Translations under genes and position numbers: made by a program
NCBI GenBank assembly: GCA_043826355.1
Contig: JBDRQI010000036.1
Coordinates: 32,001 to 96,000 of the forward strand
DNA length: 64,000 bases
DNA from: Candidatus Omnitrophota bacterium
Lineage (GTDB): Bacteria > Ratteibacteria > UBA8468 > MWAK01
Direction: 5' to 3'
The notes under the pieces: generated by a model
What the model saw: the letters and a program-made list of their open reading frames with translations, nothing else
What the model was told of the DNA's origin: nothing
Database searches by the model: none
Shown here: positions 17,012-27,023 of the stretch, piece after piece
How the letters are laid out: each line of letters starts with the position of its first letter
Numbering within the stretch: position 1 is the first letter of the stretch

Positions 17012-18247
17012 ATGAATAAAAAAGAATTGACGGCGCTGGCAAAATCCGAAGAAATTTCCCCCTCCGACCTGGAAAACGGAATCAAAACCAATCGGATTGT
17101 GGTGGTAAAAAATCCTCACGGGAAAAAACCGCTCGCCATCGGCGAGGGATGTTTCGTAAAGATTAACGCCAACATCGGCACTTCACCACACCAGGCGGAT
17201 ATCAAAAATGAGTTGGCCAAATTGAAGAAGGCGGAGGAAGCCGGCGCCCATACCGTAATGGACCTTTCCACCGGCGGAAATCTTAAAGAAATACGGCGCC
17301 ATATATTAACGGCAACCGATCTGCCTGTCGGAAGCGTGCCCATCTACTCGGCCGCAGTGGAAGTAACGGAGAAATATAATGACGTGCGCAAGATGAGCCC
17401 GGAAACTCTCTGGGAAAAGATAGAAGAAGAAGCGGCCGGCGGCGTTTCTTTCGTAACCGTCCATACCGGTGTAAGCGAAAAGATTGTCCGGGGGCTTCAA
17501 GAAGGAAAACGCCTGATTAATATCGTCAGCCGGGGCGGCTCCATCCTTGCCTGCTGGATAACGGCAAACAAAAAAGAGAATCCGCTCCTGGCGGATTTCA
17601 ACCGCCTGCTGAAACTGGCGCAAAAATATAAACTCTGCTTGAGTTTAGGAGACGGATTACGGCCCGGCGCTATTGCAGACAATACCGACCGTTTTCAGTT
17701 AGAGGAACTATTTACTTTGGGCCAACAGGCAGAAGAAGCGCGCAAGGCCGGCGTGCCGGTCATAATCGAAGGACCGGGCCATATCCCGCTCCACCAGATT
17801 GAAATGAACGTTAAACTGGCTAAAACAGTCTGCGGCGGGGCGCCGCTCTATCTGCTGGGTCCGCTGGTAACCGACATTGCCGCCGGTTACGACCATATCG
17901 TCGCCGCAATCGGAGGCGCCATCGCCGGAATGGCCGGCGCTGACTTCCTGTGCTACGTGACCCCGGCGGAACACCTTTCGCTGCCCTCGCCGGAAGACGT
18001 GAAAGAAGGCGTTTATGCCTCCCGCATCGCCGCACACGCAATCGACCTCTGCCGGGGAAAAAAGAGCGCCTGGCGCCAGGACTGGCTTCTCTCTTCGGCC
18101 CGTGGCAAACGGAACTGGCCGGAACAAAAGCGGCTTTCCCTAAATCCGGCTGAATTTCCGAAAAAAAAGGCAAAAGAAGAAGATTGCTGTTCTATGTGCG
18201 GAGAGTTTTGCGCGCTTCGTTTTTCAGAATCAATCAGCAAAAAATAG
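17012..18247 (+). CDS. thiC: Phosphomethylpyrimidine synthase
   Basis: KINANIGTS, MDLSTGG, SRGG, GDGLRPG, EGPGH, CSMCGEFC. Confidence 0.97.
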   Translation: MNKKELTALAKSEEISPSDLENGIKTNRIVVVKNPHGKKPLAIGEGCFVKINANIGTSPHQADIKNELAKLKKAEEAGAHTVMDLSTGGNLKEIRRHILTATDLPVGSVPIYSAAVEVTEKYNDVRKMSPETLWEKIEEEAAGGVSFVTVHTGVSEKIVRGLQEGKRLINIVSRGGSILACWITANKKENPLLADFNRLLKLAQKYKLCLSLGDGLRPGAIADNTDRFQLEELFTLGQQAEEARKAGVPVIIEGPGHIPLHQIEMNVKLAKTVCGGAPLYLLGPLVTDIAAGYDHIVAAIGGAIAGMAGADFLCYVTPAEHLSLPSPEDVKEGVYASRIAAHAIDLCRGKKSAWRQDWLLSSARGKRNWPEQKRLSLNPAEFPKKKAKEEDCCSMCGEFCALRFSESISKK

Positions 18248-18255
18248 CGAAATCT

Positions 18256-20169
18256 ATGGAAAATAAAGATAAGGTTCCTTTAAAGAGAAGGATGCCTGAA
18301 ATCCCCAAAAACCAGATACCCGGTTTCTGGAAGAGTTTGCTCTTCTGGATAGTTCTGGGCGTATTTATATTTTACATGGCCCATTCATCATCCTTAAAAG
18401 TAAAAGAAAGAGCTCAGAAGATACCCTACAGCGATTTCCTGAACTATGCCGCCAACAATGAAATATCCGGCAAGGTCACCATTCAGCAGGGCCAGATTAA
18501 AGGCAAAAAGACGGACGGCACCGAGTTCCGAACGTTCAGCCAGGACCCGGATATCTACAAAGCGTTAAAAGATAATCAGATTCAATTTGAAGATTTACCT
18601 GAGGCCGGCCGTTCCGTCTGGACGCAGATTCTGGCCGGCGTCATCCCGGTTTTACTCATCGTCCTTTTCTTCTGGTTCATGATTTACCGCCGTGCCGGAG
18701 CAGGCGGCGGGGACCAGATTATGTCCTTCGGGCGCATCCGGCCGCAACCCCTTTCGGAAACAAAACCCAAGACAACCTTCAGTGAAGTGGCCGGATACGA
18801 GGAAGCCAAGGAAGAACTCCAGGAGGTAATCGATTTCCTGAAAGACCCCCAGAAGTTCCAGAAATTAGGCGGCCGGATTCCCAAGGGCGTGCTGCTTATC
18901 GGCCCGCCAGGCACCGGCAAGACGCTCCTGGCGAAGGCGGTGGCCGGGGAAGCCAACGTCTCTTTTACTTCCATCAGCGGTTCGGAATTCGTGGAGATGT
19001 TTGTCGGCGTCGGCGCCTCCCGGGTAAGAGACCTGTTCCGCCAGGCAAAGCGGACGGCGCCGTCCATTATTTTCATCGATGAAATTGACGCGGTCGGCCG
19101 GCAGCGGTTTGCCGGATTAGGCGGCGGGCACGACGAGCGGGAACAGACCCTGAACCAGTTGCTGGTGGAAATGGACGGTTTCCACACCGAAGAAGGAATT
19201 ATCCTGATGGCTGCCACCAACCGGCCCGATGTCCTGGACCCGGCGCTGGTGCGGCCCGGCCGTTTTGACCGGCAGGTCGTCCTGAACCTCCCGGACGTCC
19301 GGGAAAGAGAAGCCATCCTCAAGGTTCACACCCGTAACTCCAAACTGGCGGACAACATTGACCTCTCAATCGTCGCCAAGAGTACGCCGGGGATGTCCGG
19401 CGCAGACCTGGCAAACCTCTGCAACGAAGCGGCCCTGATGGCCTCCCGGAAAAACCACCAGGTAATTGAAATGAACGATTTAGAGGAAGCGATGGACAAG
19501 GAGATGATGGGCGCGCAGCACAAGAGCATGGTCTTGAGCCCGGAAGAAAAGAAAATTATCGCTTACCACGAGTCCGGCCACGCGCTGGTCCAGCGCAACC
19601 TCCCGGAATCTCAGCCCATTCACAAAGTCACTATTATCCCGCGGGGACGTTCCCTGGGCGCTACTCACATCCTTCCGGAGAAGGACATCCACATTGAAAG
19701 CGATAACTACTTCCGTAATTCCCTGGTCACTCTCCTGGGCGGCCGGGCAGCCGAAAAAATATTCTTTAACCGGGTCTATACCGGTGCGGAAAACGACCTC
19801 CATTCCGCCACCGAACTTGCCCGGCAGATGGTATGCGAATGGGGCATGAGCGCCCGGATGGGCCCGGTCAGTTATCACAACCGGACCGGCGGCGAAGTTT
19901 TCCTGGGAAGAGATTTGTCGCAAAATCGGGAATACAGCGAGACAACAGCGCGGGAGATAGACGAAGAGGTAAAGCAACTTCTGGAAATATCCGAAAAAGA
20001 AGCGCACCGCATCATCCGGGAAAAACGCGTAAACCTGGAACGGCTTGCAACCGCCCTTCTGGAAAAAGAGACGCTTACCGGAAAGGAGATTGATAACCTT
20101 ATTCAAGGAGATGCAAAAGAAAGCGACCAAACTAACAGTGGACAAGAAAAAAATCCAACAAGCAGTTAG
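18256..20169 (+). CDS. ftsH: ATP-dependent zinc metalloprotease FtsH
   Basis: Two TM segments, [30 protein letters not shown]. Confidence 0.98.
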   Translation: MENKDKVPLKRRMPEIPKNQIPGFWKSLLFWIVLGVFIFYMAHSSSLKVKERAQKIPYSDFLNYAANNEISGKVTIQQGQIKGKKTDGTEFRTFSQDPDIYKALKDNQIQFEDLPEAGRSVWTQILAGVIPVLLIVLFFWFMIYRRAGAGGGDQIMSFGRIRPQPLSETKPKTTFSEVAGYEEAKEELQEVIDFLKDPQKFQKLGGRIPKGVLLIGPPGTGKTLLAKAVAGEANVSFTSISGSEFVEMFVGVGASRVRDLFRQAKRTAPSIIFIDEIDAVGRQRFAGLGGGHDEREQTLNQLLVEMDGFHTEEGIILMAATNRPDVLDPALVRPGRFDRQVVLNLPDVREREAILKVHTRNSKLADNIDLSIVAKSTPGMSGADLANLCNEAALMASRKNHQVIEMNDLEEAMDKEMMGAQHKSMVLSPEEKKIIAYHESGHALVQRNLPESQPIHKVTIIPRGRSLGATHILPEKDIHIESDNYFRNSLVTLLGGRAAEKIFFNRVYTGAENDLHSATELARQMVCEWGMSARMGPVSYHNRTGGEVFLGRDLSQNREYSETTAREIDEEVKQLLEISEKEAHRIIREKRVNLERLATALLEKETLTGKEIDNLIQGDAKESDQTNSGQEKNPTSS

Positions 20170-20707
20170 AATTTACCTGGAAGGAATCGGCGAAGACCCG
20201 GACCGGAAAGAATTAAAAGATACTCCGCGGCGGGTATCCGAGATGGCCGCGGAACTTTTTTCCGGGCTGGAAAAAAACCCCAAAGAAGAATTGGAGGTCG
20301 TTTTCGTTGAAGAGTACAACGAATTGATTCTGGTCCGGGATATACCGCTCTACTCCATGTGCGAACACCACCTGCTTCCTTTTCTGGGCAGGGCTCACAT
20401 CGCCTACATCCCGGATAAGCACCGCATTACCGGACTCTCCAAACTGGCCCGGGTGGTGGAAATATTCAGCCGCCGGCTGCAACTGCAGGAACGGCTAACC
20501 ACCCAGATTGCAGATGCAATTATGAAAACCCTGAAACCCCGGGGCGTAATGGTAGTGGTAGAAGCAGAGCATCTCTGCATGACGATGCGTGGCGTCAAAA
20601 AACCGGGCAGTCGGGCGATAACTTCAGTCATGCGCGGCATCTTCCTGAAAGACGCCAAGACCCGGAACGAGGCGCTGAGTTTAATTCACAAGATTCCCGC
20701 GCTGTAA
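20111..20707 (+). CDS. folE: GTP cyclohydrolase I
   Basis: [42 protein letters not shown] before 20111. Confidence 0.96.
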   Translation: MQKKATKLTVDKKKIQQAVRIYLEGIGEDPDRKELKDTPRRVSEMAAELFSGLEKNPKEELEVVFVEEYNELILVRDIPLYSMCEHHLLPFLGRAHIAYIPDKHRITGLSKLARVVEIFSRRLQLQERLTTQIADAIMKTLKPRGVMVVVEAEHLCMTMRGVKKPGSRAITSVMRGIFLKDAKTRNEALSLIHKIPAL

Positions 20708-20722
20708 AGCCATGAATAAAAA

Positions 20723-22039
20723 ATGAGCGGGGTAAATATTATGAAGAATTTTCGGTTGGGTCTGATTGTCGTTTTACCGTTGCTTATCTTGTCTGGGTTT
20801 GTCGTCAACCCATGCCGGGCCGCCGAAGTACTGGTCGTGCCGATGAAGGGCTCGGTCAACCCGGCCATGGCGGAGATGTTTCTGAAAACGCTCCAGGAAG
20901 CCGAGCAGAATGGAGCCGAAGCGGTTGTTATCCGGCTGGATACACCCGGCGGCCTGCTCACCTCCACCCGGGAGATTGTGGAAGGCATTCTCAACAGCAA
21001 GGTACCAGTGGTGGCCTACGTCTCGCCAGCCGGCGCCCAGTGCGCCTCAGCCGGAACCTTCATCGCGCTCGCCTGCCCGGTTCTGGCGATGGCTCCCGGC
21101 ACCAACATCGGCGCCGCCCATCCGGTAACCCCAGCCGGAAAGATGGACGAAACAATGGAAAAGAAGGTGGTCAACGACGCCTCGTCCTGGATTACTTCCC
21201 TGGCCCTGAGGTGGGGCCGGAATGCGGACTGGGCGGAAAAAGCGGTCCGCGAATCGGCTTCCGCCAACGAAAAAGAGGCGGTGGCGCTCAAGGTGGCGGA
21301 CCTGACCGCCGAAAACCTGGCCGACTTGATGGTCCAAATTGACGGCCGGGTAATCCGCCTCGGCTCCAAATTAATCACACTGGAGACAAAATCAGCCCCC
21401 GTAAACGAAATAAAACTGAACTTCCGGCACCGGATTCTCCAGTCGGTGAGCGACCCGAACATCGCCTACATCCTTCTCCTCCTGGGAATACTGGGCATCA
21501 TTTATGAATTTTCTTCCCCGGGTCTCGGGTTCCCCGGTATCGTCGGTTTTATCTGCATACTCCTTGCTTTCTACGGCCTCTCCGCCCTGCCGGTCAATAT
21601 CGCCGGAGTGGCGCTGGTCTTTGTGGCGGTCGGCTTTTTCGTCCTGGAAGCCCATTCTCCTTCATTCGGCCTTTTAGGCCTGGGAGGTATTGTGTCGCTA
21701 ATATTCGGTTCCCTCTTTTTGATCAAACCTTTTTCCTACCTTAAAATCGCTTCCCGGGCTTCTTCCCTCTCGGTTGCGTTTGTCTTTGCCGGCCTGGTCT
21801 TTCTCATCTCCTTTTTCGCCTACCGGGCGATGCGCCGGAAGGTCACCACCGGCAAGGAAGGCCTTGTCGGCGAAACCGGCGAAGCGCGCACCGACCTGGC
21901 CCCGGAGGGCGCCATTTACGTCCACGGCGAATACTGGACCGCCCGGACATCGGACGGGTCAACGGTTAAAAAGGGCGAAAAAGTACGCGTGGAGAAAGTC
22001 TCCGGCCGCATCCTGCTGGTCAGCAAACTGATCCCTTGA
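20723..22039 (+). CDS. nfeD: NfeD-family membrane-bound serine protease (long form)
   Basis: LDTPGG, ASAGTFI, APGTNIGAAHPV, TM region, C-terminal OB fold (VHGEYWTA). Confidence 0.93.
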   Translation: MSGVNIMKNFRLGLIVVLPLLILSGFVVNPCRAAEVLVVPMKGSVNPAMAEMFLKTLQEAEQNGAEAVVIRLDTPGGLLTSTREIVEGILNSKVPVVAYVSPAGAQCASAGTFIALACPVLAMAPGTNIGAAHPVTPAGKMDETMEKKVVNDASSWITSLALRWGRNADWAEKAVRESASANEKEAVALKVADLTAENLADLMVQIDGRVIRLGSKLITLETKSAPVNEIKLNFRHRILQSVSDPNIAYILLLLGILGIIYEFSSPGLGFPGIVGFICILLAFYGLSALPVNIAGVALVFVAVGFFVLEAHSPSFGLLGLGGIVSLIFGSLFLIKPFSYLKIASRASSLSVAFVFAGLVFLISFFAYRAMRRKVTTGKEGLVGETGEARTDLAPEGAIYVHGEYWTARTSDGSTVKKGEKVRVEKVSGRILLVSKLIP

Positions 22040-22045
22040 ATTAAT

Positions 22046-22075
22046 TTGACAGGTTTATTTCGTTTGGGTTATAAT
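22046..22075 (+). promoter_or_regulatory. Consensus sigma70 promoter for the hydrogenase operon
   Basis: TTGACA-18 nt-TATAAT. Confidence 0.75.
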
Positions 22076-22124
22076 TTTCAGATTATTTCTTTGTTCTTAT
22101 ATTCACAATATTCACAATCGTGGA

Positions 22125-22232
22125 GTCGTTGCGAACGAAGCGAAACAATCCCGTTTTAAGGATGGGATTGCCGCACCTCGTTTAAATAGACAGGCGAGAC
22201 GCCTGTCCTACCGAAACGGGCTCGCGATGACA
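22125..22232. repeat. GTCA-type palindrome pair with a nested GTAG-type REP
   Basis: GTCGTTGCGA...AATCCC/GGGATTGCCGC...CTCGCGATGACA enclosing GACAGGCGAGACGCCTGTCCTAC (22189-22211). Confidence 0.7.
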
Positions 22233-22240
22233 CTTTCCCC

Positions 22241-22693
22241 ATGCCGCGAACCGCAATTGTGGGAATTGGCAACCTGATGAAGGCAGACGACGGCGCCGGC
22301 ATGGTAATGACGGCTGCCCTGAAGGAAAAACTGGCCGGGTTTTCCGAAATCAGGACCTATGAAACCGGAACCGTTCCGGAAAATCACCTGACGGCAATCC
22401 TCGCTTTTAAGCCCGAAATCATTTATCTGATAGACGCCGGAGATTTCAACGGCGAAGCGGGTGAATTCAAACTCTTCCCGGCACATCAGGTTAAAAGCCA
22501 GGGGTTCTCAACCCACGCCGTTTCAATCTCTCTGCTTATCCGGTTTTTGAAACTGCAGACTAAAGCCGAAATCTTTTTGCTGGCTATCCAGCCGGAGGAA
22601 ATTTTCACCCGCGAAGGCCTCTCCGCTCGGGTAAAAGCCGGCACGGACAAAGCCATAATCTTTTTAGAGAAGAAAATAAATGGCTTATCATAA
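22241..22693 (+). CDS. Hydrogenase maturation endopeptidase (HycI-like)
   Basis: GIGNLMKADDGAG, GTVPEN, IDAGD, STH. Confidence 0.92.
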   Translation: MPRTAIVGIGNLMKADDGAGMVMTAALKEKLAGFSEIRTYETGTVPENHLTAILAFKPEIIYLIDAGDFNGEAGEFKLFPAHQVKSQGFSTHAVSISLLIRFLKLQTKAEIFLLAIQPEEIFTREGLSARVKAGTDKAIIFLEKKINGLS

Positions 22694-23708
22694 GGTAAAA
22701 ACAGAAGCCTGGCTGGACGCAATCTTCCGGCAGGCAAAAGAGAGAGCGGTCTACGGCCTGAAGCGCAGCGGCGAGGGGCTTGTTTATCAGCGGCTCCGGG
22801 AAAAGACCGAAGTTGTGCTTTTTGAGACCAGACCGACTGAACCAATTAAACTCTTCTTCTATTTCCCTTCCGAATCGACAGCGTCTCTTCCGGAAGAACC
22901 GTTCCGGGAAGAGGAAAAACGGGTCCTGCTCGGCGTTAAGGCCTGCGACCTGGAAGCGCTTAAGACGGCCGATTACGTTTACCGGCTCGGCGATGCGGTG
23001 GAGCCGCGTTACTACAGCCGCCGCAACAATACCCTGCTCATCGGCAGCGACTGCACCCGGCCGAACCCAACCTGCTTCTGCAACCTCCACGGACGCTACT
23101 GCTACCCCCAGGAATATTTTGACATTAATCTTTCTTCTTTAAATAATAAAGAGATTATAATTGAAACCGGCAGCCCGCGGGGTGAGGAATTTCTGGCGGA
23201 ACTAAACCTGAATTTAACCGAAGTCACCGGAGCCGACCTGAAGATACGCGACAAAAACCGCCGGGGATACCTGGAAAAACTGAAAACAATCAATGCGCCT
23301 TTTGAACACCGGACACCCTATTCGGAAATCGTGCGTAAAAGCAATGATGCCGCAACCTGGAAAAAGTACGGCCAGGAGATGTGCGTCCAGTGCCACGCCT
23401 GCAACCTCGGCTGCCCGACCTGTTATTGTTTCTCCTTTTCGGACCTTCCGGAGAAGAACGGAATGAAACGCTATAAAAACTGGGATTCCTGCCTGTCCGC
23501 CAGTTTTGCCCGGATGGCCAGCGGCGCTACCCCCAGGCACTCCCGCTGGGAACGTTTCCGCTATCATTACTACCACAAATTTGATTACCTTAACGCCCTG
23601 CTCGGTTTTGATGCCTGCACCGGGTGCGGCCGCTGCATTGAAGGCTGCCTGGGCAAAATTGACAAACGCCAAGTATTATCAGATTTGGAAAAAGAGATAA
23701 ATGGCTAA
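22680..23708 (+). CDS. AsrA / sulfhydrogenase-beta-like 4Fe-4S protein
   Basis: GVKACD, C..P...CFC, CVQCHACNLGCPTCYC, WDSC, CTGCGRCIEGC. Confidence 0.88.
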   Translation: MAYHKVKTEAWLDAIFRQAKERAVYGLKRSGEGLVYQRLREKTEVVLFETRPTEPIKLFFYFPSESTASLPEEPFREEEKRVLLGVKACDLEALKTADYVYRLGDAVEPRYYSRRNNTLLIGSDCTRPNPTCFCNLHGRYCYPQEYFDINLSSLNNKEIIIETGSPRGEEFLAELNLNLTEVTGADLKIRDKNRRGYLEKLKTINAPFEHRTPYSEIVRKSNDAATWKKYGQEMCVQCHACNLGCPTCYCFSFSDLPEKNGMKRYKNWDSCLSASFARMASGATPRHSRWERFRYHYYHKFDYLNALLGFDACTGCGRCIEGCLGKIDKRQVLSDLEKEING

Positions 23709-24531
23709 GATTAATCCGTATCAACCCTATGCGGTGGAACTCCTGAAGGTTACCGAGGAGAGTCCGTTAATCAGGACTTTCACCATGGTCGCTCCTCCCA
23801 ACTTCCGCTTCCTGGCCGGGCAGTTTGTGGAAATCTCGGTTCCGGGAAAAGGCGAGGCGCCGTTTACGCCTTCCTCCTCCCCTTACGAAACGAATTATCT
23901 TGAAGTCAGCGTGGCAAAGGTCGGCGGCGTCACCGAAACGCTCCACTCCTTGCAGCCGGGCGCAATCCTCGGCCTCAGGGGACCTTTCGGCAAGGACTAT
24001 CCGCTGGAAAAGTTCACGGGAAAAGATATCCTGTTAGTCGGCGGTGGCGTCGGTCTGGCTCCGCTGCGCAGTTTATTCCTGTCTTTGGTTCACGAATTGA
24101 AACGTTTTAATAAGATACGTTTTTGCTGCGGTTCACGCACCCCGCAGGATTTCATTTACAAGGAGCATATTTTTGATCTCTGGCAGAAGATCGACCCCAA
24201 GGTCTCCCTCCGGATTACGGTTGACCGCTGCGAAGACGATTGCTGGAAGGGAGATGTGGGTGTGGTAACCAAGACGCTGGACAATCTTGACCTGGAAATC
24301 AAAAACAGCGTTGCGGTGGTCTGCGGACCTCCGATTATGATGAAATTTACCACTTTCAAACTCCTGGAATTGGGCTACCGGCCGGAAAATATCTATCTTT
24401 CTATGGAACGGATGATGGTCTGCGGTCTGGGTCATTGTCAGCACTGCGGAATCGGCAAGTATCTGGTCTGCAAGGACGGTCCGGTATTTGCTTATCAGGA
24501 TATTAAGGACGAGCCGGAGATATGGGCGTAA
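23701..24531 (+). CDS. AsrB / sulfhydrogenase-gamma-like FAD/NAD(P)-binding 2Fe-2S protein
   Basis: GEAPF, LRGPFG, GGGVGLAPLRS, CGPPIMM, CGLGHCQHC...CKDGPVF. Confidence 0.92.
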   Translation: MAKINPYQPYAVELLKVTEESPLIRTFTMVAPPNFRFLAGQFVEISVPGKGEAPFTPSSSPYETNYLEVSVAKVGGVTETLHSLQPGAILGLRGPFGKDYPLEKFTGKDILLVGGGVGLAPLRSLFLSLVHELKRFNKIRFCCGSRTPQDFIYKEHIFDLWQKIDPKVSLRITVDRCEDDCWKGDVGVVTKTLDNLDLEIKNSVAVVCGPPIMMKFTTFKLLELGYRPENIYLSMERMMVCGLGHCQHCGIGKYLVCKDGPVFAYQDIKDEPEIWA

Positions 24532-25022
24532 AAAAACTGGTCGTTGATTTTGAGATTTGCCGGAAGTGCAAGGACTGCACCATCAAATGCAGTTTTCCTT
24601 TCCATCCGGTGAACGACGGAACGCTGACTCTGCGCGAGATGATTTCCTGGCAGGTGGTCTGCCGGCGCTGTAACCAGCCCGGTTGCGTGGCATCCTGCCC
24701 GACCGAAGCGCTGAAGAAAAGAGAAGACGGTCTGATTGAACGTTCCAACACCCTGTGCATCTCCTGCAAATCCTGCACCATCGGCTGTCCCTTCGGAACC
24801 ATCTTTCCGGAACTGGTTCCGTATCTGACGACCGGATGCGATTACTGCCAGAACCGCATGGCGGAAGGCGAACAACCGCTTTGCGTCCAGAGTTGTCCGC
24901 TGGGCGCCATTGAATACCGGGAAATCAAAGAAAAAGAAAATGTAACCTCGGTAAACCCGGATACGGTCGCCGGCATCGCCACGTCCTGGCAAAAAATTAT
25001 AGAGAAAAAAAATAAAAAATGA
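24522..25022 (+). CDS. Multi-4Fe-4S electron-transfer protein
   Basis: CRRCNQPGCVASCP, CISCKSCTIGCP, CDYC...CVQSCP. Confidence 0.9.
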   Translation: MGVKKLVVDFEICRKCKDCTIKCSFPFHPVNDGTLTLREMISWQVVCRRCNQPGCVASCPTEALKKREDGLIERSNTLCISCKSCTIGCPFGTIFPELVPYLTTGCDYCQNRMAEGEQPLCVQSCPLGAIEYREIKEKENVTSVNPDTVAGIATSWQKIIEKKNKK

Positions 25023-25939
25023 ATATATTTCATTTCCTGATTTTTCCCGGATTCGTCTTCGCCGGCCTGGTCGGATTAGCCGCCACCTGGGTTGACCGGA
25101 AAGTCACCGCCCGTCTGCAGTGGCGGGTGGGACCTCCTTTCCTCCAGCCCTTTTACGACATTGGAAAACTTCTGACCAAAGAGGTTACCATTCCGAATTC
25201 CGCCGACCGGATGACTTTTGTGCTGGCGCCGATGGTTGGTCTGGCTGCCGCCGGCCTGGTGGCCGCCATCATGGGCATGAGCATCTCCGGAAACCTAAAC
25301 TTTGCCGGGGACTTAATCGTGGTAATTTATCTCCTGACCATCCCCAGCCTGATGATGATGTTAGGCGGATTCGCCTCCGGCAACATCCTGGCGCAGGTCG
25401 GATCCAGCCGGGAGATGAAACTTATCCTTGCCTACGAACTGCCTTTCCTGCTGGCCATCGCCGCGGTAATCTTTAAAAACGGTTTCAGTCTCCGGCTGAA
25501 CGAACTGCTCGCCTTTCAGCGATTAAGCGGCCTGACTATCGGAAGCATTTCCGGGTTCCTTTCTTTCCTGGCCATCATCCTTTCCGTGCAGGCAAAGTTA
25601 GGGTTGCCGCCTTTTGATATCAGCGAGGCCGAAACAGAACTGATGGCCGGCCCGCTGATAGAATATTCCGGACTGCTCCTATCTTTCTTCCGGTTCACCA
25701 AGACGCTCCTTTTTTACAGCCTGCCCCTCTTAATCGTCATCCTCTTTTTCGGCGGAATATCTTTCTCCGGTTGGCACATCCTGACCGGAATTTTGAAATA
25801 TGTCGGAGTACTCGCCCTGCTAATTGTTATCAAAAATACCAATCCCCGGGTACGGGTGGACCAGGCCCTGAACTTTTTCTGGAAACGGGTTGCGCCGCTC
25901 GCGCTGGCCGGTCTTATTTTTGCCCTGGCGGGGTTGTAA
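25019..25939 (+). CDS. Membrane anchor subunit (NuoH/MbhM-like)
   Basis: RKVTARLQWRVGPP, PFDISEAETELMAGPLIEYSG, NPRVRVDQ. Confidence 0.93.
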   Translation: MNIFHFLIFPGFVFAGLVGLAATWVDRKVTARLQWRVGPPFLQPFYDIGKLLTKEVTIPNSADRMTFVLAPMVGLAAAGLVAAIMGMSISGNLNFAGDLIVVIYLLTIPSLMMMLGGFASGNILAQVGSSREMKLILAYELPFLLAIAAVIFKNGFSLRLNELLAFQRLSGLTIGSISGFLSFLAIILSVQAKLGLPPFDISEAETELMAGPLIEYSGLLLSFFRFTKTLLFYSLPLLIVILFFGGISFSGWHILTGILKYVGVLALLIVIKNTNPRVRVDQALNFFWKRVAPLALAGLIFALAGL

Positions 25940-25989
25940 AAATGCGGGAGGGGATACAGCCCATCCCCCCTATATCAATAAAGAACTAT

Positions 25990-26412
25990 ATGGATTTAAA
26001 AACAAATCTGCTGACGCGGTCGCTCTGGGTCTTCCACCTGTCAGCCGCTTCCTGCAATAACTGCGATATAGAAATTCTGGACCTCTTGACTCCGCGGCAT
26101 GACGTGGAGAGGTTCGGGATTGTGCTGACCGGAAGCATCCGCCACGCGGATGTCCTGCTGGTTACCGGCATCGTCAACCGGAAGAACGTGCCGCGCGTCA
26201 AACGTCTTTACGAACAGGCGGCGAAACCGGTTTTGGTGGTTGCGGTCGGTTCCTGCGCCTGCAGCGGCAATATTTTTCGGACCGGTTACCAGTTCGCCGG
26301 ACCACTGGATAAAATTATTCCGGTAGACGCCTACATCCCGGGCTGTCCCCCGAAACCAGAAGCGATGATTGACGGAATCGTGAAACTGATCGGTAAGTTA
26401 AAAGGAAAATAA
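25990..26412 (+). CDS. Group 4 hydrogenase small subunit (NuoB/MbhJ-like)
   Basis: SCNNCDIE, RHADVLLVTG, GSCACSG, PGCPPKP. Confidence 0.93.
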   Translation: MDLKTNLLTRSLWVFHLSAASCNNCDIEILDLLTPRHDVERFGIVLTGSIRHADVLLVTGIVNRKNVPRVKRLYEQAAKPVLVVAVGSCACSGNIFRTGYQFAGPLDKIIPVDAYIPGCPPKPEAMIDGIVKLIGKLKGK

Positions 26413-26492
26413 TTGTCATCCCCGTATGTGGTAAACGGGGATCCAAACCGAAAATAAATGGATTCCCGCTTAATACACGCGGAAATGACACC

Positions 26493-26975
26493 ATGAATAT
26501 GGAATCAAAAAATAAATTTCAGGAGAAATTTCAGGAAATTTTTTCCGAATATACCGAGGTCCGGAAGCGCATCTACGCAACCATCCCGGCGGATTCGCTC
26601 CGAACGGTGGTCGGTTTTCTTTTCAACGACCTGGCGGCGCGTTTCATAATCGCCTCCGGTTTTGACAACGGCAAAGAGATTGAAATCCTGTACCATTTTT
26701 CCTTTGATTCTTCGGGCGAAATTGTCAGTTTGCGGGTATTGCTGGACCGGAACAAGCCGGAAGTGGATTCCCTGGCGCCGCTCTTCCGCGGCTCCTTCTG
26801 GATTGAGCGGGAAATCTGGGAGATGCTCGACGTCAATTTCCGAGAACACCCGCGGCTGGAAAAGTTTCTTTTCTCGGAAGATTGGCCGGACAGTTGCTAT
26901 CCGTACCAGGTGCCGCCGGACCGGACCAACCGTCCGCCCAACGCTCCTCCGGCCCAGGGCAAGTTAAAATTTTAG
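26493..26975 (+). CDS. NuoC/MbhK-like subunit
   Basis: ILYHF, WIEREIWEML...HP. Confidence 0.88.
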   Translation: MNMESKNKFQEKFQEIFSEYTEVRKRIYATIPADSLRTVVGFLFNDLAARFIIASGFDNGKEIEILYHFSFDSSGEIVSLRVLLDRNKPEVDSLAPLFRGSFWIEREIWEMLDVNFREHPRLEKFLFSEDWPDSCYPYQVPPDRTNRPPNAPPAQGKLKF

Positions 26976-27023
26976 CAAATCATGAAAATGCAGGGGAAGG
27001 GTTACATCCCCTCCCGGATACCT

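Noticed and set aside
22680..24531. Anaerobic sulfite reductase asrABC
   Set aside because: No siroheme AsrC subunit is present; the genes are embedded in the hydrogenase operon.
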